From: Fimbriimonadales bacterium | GTDB taxonomy: Bacteria > Armatimonadota > Fimbriimonadia > Fimbriimonadales > ATM1 | Direction of reading: 5' to 3' | Assembly (NCBI GenBank): GCA_041744215.1 | Contig: JBGTLG010000032.1 | Span: 1-64,000 of the forward strand | Length of the DNA stretch: 64,000 nt | In this document: piece by piece, positions 28,325 to 36,931 of the stretch | How the letters are laid out: each line of letters starts with the position of its first letter | How positions within the stretch are numbered: position 1 is the first letter of the stretch | Made by a program: the position numbers and the translations under genes | Notes under the pieces: model-generated | Database searches by the model: none | The model's input: only the letters and a program-made list of their open reading frames with translations | Told to the model about the DNA's origin: nothing

Positions 28325-28975
28325 ATGAAAACTATGTTGATCTTAGCGGGGCTAACGATGGTCGCCGCATGTACTATGAATGCATCGGGCAAGGTTGCCG
28401 AACAGGGTGGATCCGGCGCAGTTGCAACGGAGACAGGCGCATCGACCGGGGGCGCGCCCCTATTCACTCTCCCAACAGCTGACGGCAAGACCGTAAACCT
28501 CGCCGATCTCAAGGGCAAGTGGGTTGTGCTCGAGTGGTGGAATCATGAGTGTCCGTTCGTGGTCAAACACTATAGCTCGGGCAACATGCAGAAGCTCCAG
28601 AAGGAGTTCACCGAGAAAGGCGTCGTTTGGCTGACGATCAACTCGTCGGCTCCTGGCAAGCAGGGGCATGTCAATGGAGCGCAGGCGACCTCGCTCATGA
28701 AAGAGAAGAACGCTGCCCCGACACACGTTTTGCTCGACCATGACGGAAAGGTTGGCAAGATGTACGATGCAAAGACGACTCCTCAGATGATCTTGATTTC
28801 GCCGGAAGGGGTGGTCATGTACGACGGAGCGATCGACAGCATCCGAAGCGCGAACATCGCGGATATCCCCAAGGCAGAGAACTATCTGGTCAAAGCCTAT
28901 GGCGAAGCATCGACCGGCCAGGCGGTTACGACACCGAAGACCCAGCCCTATGGCTGCTCGGTCAAGTATCCGTAA
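28325..28975 (+). CDS. Thioredoxin-fold AhpC/TSA redoxin lipoprotein
   Basis: VVLEWWNHECPFV, YDAKTTP, YGCSVKY; VAAC lipobox; AGGAGG RBS. Confidence 0.88.
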   Translation: MKTMLILAGLTMVAACTMNASGKVAEQGGSGAVATETGASTGGAPLFTLPTADGKTVNLADLKGKWVVLEWWNHECPFVVKHYSSGNMQKLQKEFTEKGVVWLTINSSAPGKQGHVNGAQATSLMKEKNAAPTHVLLDHDGKVGKMYDAKTTPQMILISPEGVVMYDGAIDSIRSANIADIPKAENYLVKAYGEASTGQAVTTPKTQPYGCSVKYP

Positions 28976-28984
28976 GTCGAATCA

Positions 28985-29026
28985 AAACAGCCCTCCAGCG
29001 AAATAGCTGGAGGGCTGTTTGTTTTT
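28985..29026 (+). terminator. Intrinsic terminator, probably bidirectional
   Basis: AAACAGCCCTCCAGC/GCTGGAGGGCTGTTT stem plus T tract, between convergent genes. Confidence 0.85.
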
Positions 29027-29070
29027 GGTGATCGAGCAATTGTCGCGATGTCGCCGCCCGGTCGGCTCCA

Positions 29071-29736
29071 TCAGTAGCCTGCTCGCAACTCGTCAACGGG
29101 AACCTTTACCTCGGAGTGGCTGATTGCCCCGGCTAATGCGAGTTGCAATCGTTCGAGTGTATATGCCTCTCCATACTCAAACGATGAAAAAACATGTAGG
29201 TTCGAGTTTCGCATCGCATCAGCGAGTGAACGATGGAAGTCGAGGATATCTGCCGACTCGGCGCGAGCCAAAAACAACACCGCAGGAGCCGCGGCAACCG
29301 TCCACTGGCCAGACTCCGTCCTTCGGGCGTAGAACACGTACCGTCCAACATCGCGTTGGTGCGATTCGCTCCATCCGTTCGAGTTTGCTAACACATCGTA
29401 ACGGAGTCTGCCATTTGTTGCGTCAAACGATACAGCTGACCCTGCAGCCGCGACTGATCCGGACACCTGCATACCGATGCCAGAATCCCGTGTAAGGAAA
29501 TTGCAAAAGTTGATGAACTGATCTTCCGTCCATCCAATGTCCGCCCTCTCACGCTCCGGCGACAGGCGATATAGATTCTTCCAATCACGACTTTGAAGCG
29601 CAGCGAGGTGCTGCGAAGCAACGCGATTGGCCGGTGCAGGCAGGCACAAATAGACAATCACCGTGGTCGCGATCAATGCAATGGCTGCAGAGAGGAGGAG
29701 CTTCTTTGTCAATGACGTGCTTTTCAAAATCCACAC
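29071..29736 (-). CDS. Hypothetical membrane-anchored protein
   Basis: 221-aa ORF with one N-terminal TM; overlaps the end of the upstream gene. Confidence 0.6.
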   Translation of the reverse strand: MWILKSTSLTKKLLLSAAIALIATTVIVYLCLPAPANRVASQHLAALQSRDWKNLYRLSPERERADIGWTEDQFINFCNFLTRDSGIGMQVSGSVAAAGSAVSFDATNGRLRYDVLANSNGWSESHQRDVGRYVFYARRTESGQWTVAAAPAVLFLARAESADILDFHRSLADAMRNSNLHVFSSFEYGEAYTLERLQLALAGAISHSEVKVPVDELRAGY

Positions 29737-30062
29737 TGCCCAGTTGCAGTGTTACAAGTAACGGACGGGTCTGATGTTCCCGTTCCATACTCGAGCACAT
29801 TTGTTTCATCACAAGGCGACTCACATCTAACGACAGCACAATTGCGCTGGCAACACGCGCTCGATGCCATGTTACAGCATTTGTAGGTGCTAACCACGGT
29901 GATCTTTGAGCATGGCGCACATGGGTGCGCGTAAGACGAACTGCAACTCGTGTGATTCGGCGGATTCCAGACACCATAAGCCACGCTTGCCAAGCCTATA
30001 GACACGATTGCCATTAGAGCGACGTTTACAGTTGCGATGTATCTTGCATCGATTGAGTTCAT
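29724..30062 (-). CDS. Small secreted Cys-rich peptide (112 aa, 12 Cys)
   Basis: Internal ATG 30062 with GGGGAG RBS just after the upstream stop; signal peptide ending AYG; Cys-rich mature part. Confidence 0.7.
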   Translation of the reverse strand: MNSIDARYIATVNVALMAIVSIGLASVAYGVWNPPNHTSCSSSYAHPCAPCSKITVVSTYKCCNMASSACCQRNCAVVRCESPCDETNVLEYGTGTSDPSVTCNTATGQCGF

Positions 30063-30066
30063 ACGG

Positions 30067-30642
30067 TTACTCCCCGCGCGTAAAGTTGTAAGTTCTGGGT
30101 TGATCGACTCGGTTTTTCTTGACATGGCCACCAGCGCAGAGCTGAATTTCGAAACGCCCCAAAAGGCTAGAATCAGCTGAAGCTTCTCGTGGAAGGTAGT
30201 ACATCTCATCATGTATCGAACAGACCACGATAGGTGTATCAGCGCCATGCAGACGTAATTTTTCAGCGAGCATGTCAGCAACAGGGCTGCCGACAGGCGC
30301 AGACATGATTGGCCAAGAATAGGTTGACGACCAGATCTCGAACGCATCCGAAGGCGTGTCCGGGCAGTAGACAATCTTTGACGACTTCAAGTACGGCGTC
30401 AGGTCCCGATGGCTCCGAATGAGTCTGAGGTGATCGAGTCCTGGAAGTGCTTCAGCCCAATCGTTGTCCTGCGCGTACAACTCCAATGCCGCGTAAATCT
30501 GACGAAGATTCGAAATGCAAGCAGCTTGTCGTGCCTGCTCTCTCGAGGGTGTCAACGATGTGAAGATGAGGCCCGCCAGCAGCGCCAGGATCAGCAGTGC
30601 GAGCACAACATCTAATACTGTGAAAGCACGGGTTCCCCGCAT
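30067..30642 (-). CDS. Pseudopilin-like protein
   Basis: MRGTRA|FTVLDVVLALLILALL...SREQARQAACISNLRQIY..LYAQD, YCP. Confidence 0.85.
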   Translation of the reverse strand: MRGTRAFTVLDVVLALLILALLAGLIFTSLTPSREQARQAACISNLRQIYAALELYAQDNDWAEALPGLDHLRLIRSHRDLTPYLKSSKIVYCPDTPSDAFEIWSSTYSWPIMSAPVGSPVADMLAEKLRLHGADTPIVVCSIHDEMYYLPREASADSSLLGRFEIQLCAGGHVKKNRVDQPRTYNFTRGE

Positions 30643-30797
30643 GGCGAGTCGACTCCTGTCGGCGGCTTCGGGATTTGCGGCTGCGGCCGCAGCATCCCTG
30701 GCTCTGCGATGATCGCATATCCCCAGACCGCAACAGTCGCCCACACCAAAACTGAGATGAGTAACCAGTGCGCCCCTGAGGCCCTTTGCAACTTCAC
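30612..30797 (-). CDS. Small single-TM protein (61 aa)
   Basis: GTG start 6 nt after TACACT; hydrophobic helix plus Pro-rich tail. Confidence 0.45.
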   Translation of the reverse strand: MKLQRASGAHWLLISVLVWATVAVWGYAIIAEPGMLRPQPQIPKPPTGVDSPCGEPVLSQY

Positions 30798-30950
30798 GAA
30801 AGCAGTGTATCAAAAAAAAGTACTGACGTTACCCAGTATATGTACCGGTTTTTGTCTTGCCCAGAGTATCCTCGGCTGCGGTGCCTTTCTCCCCGCCCAT
30901 TCCACTGGCCGAGCACGCCGGAGCTTCGTTTCGTCTATGCTTATGCCACC

Positions 30951-31862
30951 ATGATTCCGATGTTGCTCGCAGGCTTTGTCCCGATGCAAACCGCAGAGAT
31001 TCGCTCCCAAGACCCCGAAGCGATGTCGTTGCTTGGAAAGCCGCTCTTCCGAATCGTGATTGGAGAGCGAAGCAAAACCGAACTGGAAGAACGGCTCGCG
31101 GCGGCGATGGAAGAGTCCGACGCGAAGCCTGACGACGTGGACGCATACGTTTGGGTTGGGCGTAGGATCGCGTATCTGGGTAGGTATCGCGATGCGATCG
31201 ATTGGTACACGAAGGGGTTGGATAGATTCGGTCCCAATGCGAAGCTGTTACGGCACCGAGGACATCGGTACATCTCGATCCGCGAGTTTGCAAAGGCAGT
31301 TGCCGATTCTGAACGCGCGGCGACTTTGATAGACGAAACGCAGGATGAGGTCGAGCCGGACGGAGTCCCTAACTCCAGGAACACGCCGATCAGCTCCCTG
31401 CATTCGAATGTTTGGTATCACCTCGCGTTGTCGCACTACCTGTTAGGTGATTTCGAAAAGTCACTGTTGGCCTGCGAAAGGGCGATGTCAGTTTCGAGCA
31501 ACCCGGACCGGTTGGTCAGTCAAACCTACTGGAAGTATCTTATTCTTCGTCGATTGGGAAGGCACGACGACGCCCAGAAAGCGTTGGAGCCAATACGCGC
31601 CGACCTCGACATTATTGAGAACCACGCGTACTTGCGTCTTCTGTTGGTTTATAAGGGCGAGATGACTGCAGAGGTCGCGGTCAAAGCTGCTCCTAGCGGA
31701 ATTGATGAACCCACCACAGGATATGGCCTCGGCATTTTCAACCTTCTCAATGGAAACAGAGACGCCGCGAAGCAGATGTTTGAGAACGTGATTGCTGGCC
31801 CAAACTGGCCAGCGTTCGGATTCATTGCAGCAGAAGCCGAGCTTAAGCGGATGGTTTGGTGA
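30951..31862 (+). CDS. Tetratricopeptide-repeat protein
   Basis: TPR-like helices (GRRIAYLGRY-x-DAI, RHRGHRYI, WYHLALSHYLLGDF); start inferred. Confidence 0.8.
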   Translation: MIPMLLAGFVPMQTAEIRSQDPEAMSLLGKPLFRIVIGERSKTELEERLAAAMEESDAKPDDVDAYVWVGRRIAYLGRYRDAIDWYTKGLDRFGPNAKLLRHRGHRYISIREFAKAVADSERAATLIDETQDEVEPDGVPNSRNTPISSLHSNVWYHLALSHYLLGDFEKSLLACERAMSVSSNPDRLVSQTYWKYLILRRLGRHDDAQKALEPIRADLDIIENHAYLRLLLVYKGEMTAEVAVKAAPSGIDEPTTGYGLGIFNLLNGNRDAAKQMFENVIAGPNWPAFGFIAAEAELKRMVW

Positions 31863-33227
31863 TCACCCGCCGCCACCGCCGCCGGTTCGGCGTCCGGTTT
31901 CGTTTTCATCGATCTTCATAACGCCGGAGACGTGTGTGCCCGTCATCCATTGATCGCCTTCTTTCGATGAAATGACGAGTGTCTCCGCGATCAGATCATC
32001 ACCAAGACTATTTTTTAGTTTAACATCGAGTCCGCCGGGCTCACTGAGGAGCGTGAGAATCTCTTTCTCCTCTTCGTAAATCACGGTGGGAGCTGTGACT
32101 TCTCGCCAAGCATCTCCCTGGAGCGTCTGTCTGGCCTTTGGCGATCCGGTCATCACCGCCTTTTTCATCCCTTCCGCGTAGACGTATTCGACTTTCGCGC
32201 ACGTGACGACGATGGGATACTTGCGCGCCGTATCCAAGTTTCGTGGGTCCTGCTGATTCTGCGGCTGGTTCTGTCGCAAGTTGGGCGGAAGGTTTGGCTG
32301 GGCTGGCGGAATTCCAGCGACGGACGTCACGCTCCGTTTATCCCTTTCAGGCTTGACATAAAACTTCACTGCGCCAGTCGCAACGGCGCGCCGCTCTTTG
32401 CGGTACACGACAACTTTTGGTGCAGACACGATCGCGTCGGGACCATGATATTCGACGCTACCCTCAGCCGTAACAATGTCCGTCGTTCGGTCCCAGGTGA
32501 TCGTTTTTCCGCGCAACAGAGAGTTCTTGTCAACAATCTCTGCATCGACGTAGACATCGCGATCTGGGTTCTTCAAGTGACGCCACTCTTTCATGCGAAT
32601 GTCGACATCATCTCGGCGCGTCTGTGCGACCGGCTCGAGAATCTCCCAGTTTTCTGCCGGGCCGCGCCATGTCACTCCTTCGACAAACGCTTCCTTCGAG
32701 TCGTAATCCAGAACAAACGACTGTGCTGAGAATTTGCCTCCGCGATACGTGCCTGATGCGCCGTTCTCCACAAAAACTTTTCGCTCGCCTTGGTCGATGA
32801 TGGCGCGCATACCCGTGACGTCGAAGGTTTCGTTTTTCACCCGAGGCGCGCCGGCGACATCGATCCGTTTTGTGGCTGCCTCATAAGTAGCGATGCCTGC
32901 CTCAAACTCAGTCGAAACCGCGCCGTCGTCAAAGGTCTTACCATCAGTTAAAAGTGTCATCCGGAGGTGCTGTTGATCGCGCCGTACAAGCACACGAGAA
33001 GTGTTGAAGGACGCGCGCAGCTGACCATCTTCGAAAATGCCGACGTTCACGTTCATCATGAGCGAGCCCACTCCGCCTCCGAACGGCTTGAGGTAGGCCT
33101 CTCTATACTTCACGAACGGATCGAGTGAGGACAGGTTCGTGACGCCAAAGTAAGCCGCGATCGCACCGATCCCGACTGCGACGGCTACTGCCAGCACTTT
33201 TAATCTATTCAACCAGGGTGACGTCAT
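31863..33227 (-). CDS. LptC/LptA (OstA) beta-jellyroll family protein
   Basis: N-terminal TM; repeated short beta motifs (AEGSVEY, ATGAVKF, MTGSPKA). Confidence 0.65.
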   Translation of the reverse strand: MTSPWLNRLKVLAVAVAVGIGAIAAYFGVTNLSSLDPFVKYREAYLKPFGGGVGSLMMNVNVGIFEDGQLRASFNTSRVLVRRDQQHLRMTLLTDGKTFDDGAVSTEFEAGIATYEAATKRIDVAGAPRVKNETFDVTGMRAIIDQGERKVFVENGASGTYRGGKFSAQSFVLDYDSKEAFVEGVTWRGPAENWEILEPVAQTRRDDVDIRMKEWRHLKNPDRDVYVDAEIVDKNSLLRGKTITWDRTTDIVTAEGSVEYHGPDAIVSAPKVVVYRKERRAVATGAVKFYVKPERDKRSVTSVAGIPPAQPNLPPNLRQNQPQNQQDPRNLDTARKYPIVVTCAKVEYVYAEGMKKAVMTGSPKARQTLQGDAWREVTAPTVIYEEEKEILTLLSEPGGLDVKLKNSLGDDLIAETLVISSKEGDQWMTGTHVSGVMKIDENETGRRTGGGGGG

Positions 33228-34074
33228 TTCGGATCACTTGATTTGGCTCCGTAAAGCCGGTTATCTGAATCTCGAGTGTTTGGAAGCCAGTGCGTTCGAA
33301 GCGAATCGTGTAGTCGTTGGGAATCGCCCAGAACAGATACCTTCCATCGTTTCCTACGTTGAACTGACGTATAGGAGTGCCCGATTGGATCAGCGTGACT
33401 ATTGTGCCCGACGGACTTCCCCCACCTTGCAACGAGATAACGCCCCAAAGGTTGAACGGCGGAGGAGGAGGATTGGGGTCGCTGACCTTTGCTATCAGTA
33501 GCGGCGGAAGGCTGATCACACCGGCAATCGGATCTTGATTGACAAAGAACTCGGCGGGTACGTATCCGGCCTTCTCCAATCGTCCGGCGATTCCTGTAAA
33601 CACAAACGTGTTGGCGGGGTCATAGGCGACGCCCTCGAGTGAAAACAGTCCATTGGCATCCGTCAAGGTGCGCTTTCCAGCGAACCTAACCACTACTCCC
33701 GGCACGGGCTCACTATCGGCTGCGTCTATCACCTGCCCGTTTATCGTGACCGTCGACGGCCCAATCCACAAGTCGCCCAGGTCTGTCGGCACGACAATCG
33801 CAGGAAACGAAAAGGTGAAAGTGGGAAACGCGCTCAGCACGATCGCCGTGGTTGCGCCTGCCTCCACGCTCATCACGAACAGGCCATCGCCCGCCCCCGT
33901 CTGAGCTGTTCTCGATCCGATCTGAACCGTTGCTTGCGGATTTGGAGCGTTTCCTGTAGAGATACTGAGAACTCTTCCCGTTACTTGAATCCCGCCGCCT
34001 CCTGTGCCGCCTCCGCCGCAACCCAGAAGCGACATCGCAATTGCGAGGACTGCAAGCAAAGCGAACCTAATCAT
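33205..34074 (-). CDS. Lipoprotein with carboxypeptidase-regulatory-like domains
   Basis: LLGC lipobox plus Gly linker; GQVIDA..PVPGVVV..TDANGLF repeats; ATGA-coupled to the upstream gene. Confidence 0.8.
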   Translation of the reverse strand: MIRFALLAVLAIAMSLLGCGGGGTGGGGIQVTGRVLSISTGNAPNPQATVQIGSRTAQTGAGDGLFVMSVEAGATTAIVLSAFPTFTFSFPAIVVPTDLGDLWIGPSTVTINGQVIDAADSEPVPGVVVRFAGKRTLTDANGLFSLEGVAYDPANTFVFTGIAGRLEKAGYVPAEFFVNQDPIAGVISLPPLLIAKVSDPNPPPPPFNLWGVISLQGGGSPSGTIVTLIQSGTPIRQFNVGNDGRYLFWAIPNDYTIRFERTGFQTLEIQITGFTEPNQVIRNDVTLVE

Positions 34075-36848
34075 CGCGATCCTCCGTTGACATCGATACG
34101 CAGCGTTCTTGTGTCGCTCGTCGCGGTGAATCGATAAGTTGCCTGCAGTCGCGGCATCCATGACTTGCCGCCTTCGATGTCCCTCACAGCGATCACCGGA
34201 TGAACGAATCCGCTTACGAAGCTATCGAGAGTCAAAGAGTAGCTTTGACCAGGGCGCAATCCGGTCAGGCGTACGTTCCAAGTGGTTGAACCGCGGGCGC
34301 GATAGTCTTTGTACATCGGCGAAGGGGCAATGATCTCAGCCTGCAGCGCACCTCCCCACGAAGGGGGCAACAAGCTGTCTATACCGACGTCATAGCTTGA
34401 TGTCGCACCTGTTGCGAAGCCGAACTCGACCGATGAAGTTTCGATAGTGCCAAGGGCTGCGTTGAGTTTTGCTCTCCAGGTTGGCTCGAGAGGATTCGGT
34501 GTTGCTGTTGCCGCCTGCGGGCTCCCTGGGCGAAAAGTGATTGTGACTCCTTCCGCGACCAACGACCGCACGAAGACGGCATTACCAACTGCAAACGTTG
34601 TTGTCGGCGTCATCGTGCCACCTTCCGGTACTCCGCTAAACACATCTGGGGCGCCCGGAACGAACTGGAAAATCGTCGTGTCGATCCAGCCCGCTGCGAT
34701 GGCGTCATTCCAAGTACGTGGCGATTCTGCTGCACGCTGCACGGTCACTTCCGAAAGCGAAACGGCTTGCATAAATGGATTCACAATTTGATTCCACCCA
34801 ACTTGCAGAGCAACACTTGCCGGTTGATCGCCTGGGAGCCTGCCTTCGACGGTAAAGACAGGAACAGCGCTCGGCATCCGCACGTAAAAACCTCGCCCCC
34901 AGTCGAACCTTGTGATTACCGGATAGAGATCATAACGGAAGAAGTCTTGCCGCCACTTCGCAAGCAGCGTTTGATTTGCGGGCAGATTCAACGTCTGGGA
35001 GTGATCGGTCACCCACGGCAAAATCGGCAATCCGAACATTTGCATCCCGGCTGAGAGTCCGTTTGGCGCGAAGTAGACACCTTCGTCTTCCAAGCGTATG
35101 TCCAGTCCAAGTCTGTTGCTCCAAGTATTCACGATTTCGGTGTGGATCACCGTTTCGTTTCCGTTGTCGACACTAATCACCTGGACTGTCGTTCGTCGCG
35201 GCGCGGCGAATCCCGGCGAAGCAACCGTTGCTCCGAATGCGCCGTTTCGCAATGGCGCATCGATGGTCTGACCCGTACCTGGAATTGTCAATCGCACAAT
35301 GCCAGTAAGCGTCGGTGGTCCCCCTGAGGTTTGTCCGGCAAATCCCATTACAGTTCCGTAGAAGTTGTTGGGCGTGGGGCTCTGCGCACTTGCAATCGCG
35401 CCCGCTGGCAACAAAGCTCTTGCGATGGAATCGCCGACGGGAAGCTCGACGGTCGCCTTGTACCACTGTGTCGGCCCACCAAAAACGTCTGGAATGTTTG
35501 GCGTGACAGATCCAAATCCGGCGGCAATGTCCATGCGATCTTCCTGACCCGTCAAGAATAGCCGCGCAAAAGTCGAATCCCAAAACAGCGGGTAGCACGT
35601 GCCACTAAGCAGTTGTTCGTTTCCTCCGGCAAGCGTGTCGAAGTAGCTGAGCCAAACCGCAAACACACCGAAGTCCTGCCCTGCGAGTCCGCTGGTTATC
35701 GGAATCGACTCAACGAAAGTCTTTCGGCCAAATGTGACTGTAGTGTCAAGGATGTACTGTCTACGCGACCACAGCGCAAACGATCTGCCCTCGATCGTGG
35801 AGTTCGGTCCGCCAGCGAGCGTGTTCATGGTTGACTGCGCGAGAGAATGCAGCGCTGGAACATCGCCAGAGATCGAAGGATCGACTGCGAATGCAGCGTA
35901 GTAACTTGAGAGAAATGTAGAGCAGAATGCCGGATACTCCGTTAGTACTTTTGCCCAGAGACTTCCGCCCATTCTGTATCGCATGAGATACAGTCCGCCT
36001 AACGAACCTCCTGGCGGAAGTGGTGTTTCGCGAAGATTTGGCGCGATGAAGTGCGGATTGCCTAGCGCAGGCTGGTTGTACCAACTGTATTGACCGCTTG
36101 TGTCGTAGGAGTTCTCAAGAACTTGCTGCAGTATCGTCGCGTTCAAGCCGTTAGGGACTCCATTCAGCCGCACAGTCTGCATCGTCGCAGCCCTCGCGAA
36201 GCCCTCTCCCCAAACGTCGTAATCAAACATCGACGGCCCGATGTATGCAAGCGCGAGGCAGTGAATGAAGTTGATGACATTCGATTCAGGAGCGAAGTAA
36301 ATCGGAAACCAAATCGCCTGCGCTCCTGTGCCGTCATCGGGCAAGTACAGTCCGCCAATCACTGCGTCGCGATCACTAATAGTCAGGTCTTTGTTGACGA
36401 CTTTGATAGTTCCCCCAACATACGGCTGTCCCAATATCGTGTCGAGGAACGGCTTCGCCGAGTCGAAAGCGCTTTGAAGCAAGTTCTGCTGGGAGATGCT
36501 AAACCCTTCAAAAACTAGGTTTAGAGGAGCGTCCATCCCGCCGGTCGCATCTCCCCAGAGAATACGATTCGATTCGTTCCGAAGTAGAACCACCCTGGGA
36601 AGGACGAAGGCGATGTCCGGCATTAGCCCAAGGCGAACCTTGGAATGATGGTATGCCTGAATCGTGGCGTTGGTGGCTGCGAGTTCCGCACGGATGGTGG
36701 AGAGGACACCCGGGTCTGTGCTGGCCGCCTCAGCGGGGCCAGACACGTCGACAACGATGGCTGACCCCGGCACAGACGCACGAGCCTGAGGGAAGGCCAC
36801 TCCGATCAAGGCGAGAGCGGCGAACGATGCGAAGATCAGCTTTATCAT
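34071..36848 (-). CDS. Large secreted protein (~925 aa) with a degenerate gluzincin-like motif
   Basis: Signal peptide; IHCLAL...WGEGFA; LQVGWNQIVNPF. Confidence 0.75.
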   Translation of the reverse strand: MIKLIFASFAALALIGVAFPQARASVPGSAIVVDVSGPAEAASTDPGVLSTIRAELAATNATIQAYHHSKVRLGLMPDIAFVLPRVVLLRNESNRILWGDATGGMDAPLNLVFEGFSISQQNLLQSAFDSAKPFLDTILGQPYVGGTIKVVNKDLTISDRDAVIGGLYLPDDGTGAQAIWFPIYFAPESNVINFIHCLALAYIGPSMFDYDVWGEGFARAATMQTVRLNGVPNGLNATILQQVLENSYDTSGQYSWYNQPALGNPHFIAPNLRETPLPPGGSLGGLYLMRYRMGGSLWAKVLTEYPAFCSTFLSSYYAAFAVDPSISGDVPALHSLAQSTMNTLAGGPNSTIEGRSFALWSRRQYILDTTVTFGRKTFVESIPITSGLAGQDFGVFAVWLSYFDTLAGGNEQLLSGTCYPLFWDSTFARLFLTGQEDRMDIAAGFGSVTPNIPDVFGGPTQWYKATVELPVGDSIARALLPAGAIASAQSPTPNNFYGTVMGFAGQTSGGPPTLTGIVRLTIPGTGQTIDAPLRNGAFGATVASPGFAAPRRTTVQVISVDNGNETVIHTEIVNTWSNRLGLDIRLEDEGVYFAPNGLSAGMQMFGLPILPWVTDHSQTLNLPANQTLLAKWRQDFFRYDLYPVITRFDWGRGFYVRMPSAVPVFTVEGRLPGDQPASVALQVGWNQIVNPFMQAVSLSEVTVQRAAESPRTWNDAIAAGWIDTTIFQFVPGAPDVFSGVPEGGTMTPTTTFAVGNAVFVRSLVAEGVTITFRPGSPQAATATPNPLEPTWRAKLNAALGTIETSSVEFGFATGATSSYDVGIDSLLPPSWGGALQAEIIAPSPMYKDYRARGSTTWNVRLTGLRPGQSYSLTLDSFVSGFVHPVIAVRDIEGGKSWMPRLQATYRFTATSDTRTLRIDVNGGSR

Positions 36849-36891
36849 AGGGCAGCTTGCGTCGGGGAGCATGGCATACCGACAGTTGGGT

Positions 36892-36917
36892 GACGTCCAA
36901 TCAGGGTCATTCGTTCC
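36892..36917 (-). promoter_or_regulatory. ECF-type promoter GGAAC-N17-CGTC
   Basis: Minus strand GGAAC gaatgaccctgattgga CGTC in an intergenic gap. Confidence 0.6.
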
Positions 36918-36931
36918 GCTTGGAAGCTGGG

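Noticed and set aside
29724-30374. 216-aa ORF as given in the track
   Set aside because: The first half overlaps the pseudopilin gene; the RBS and signal peptide support a start at 30062
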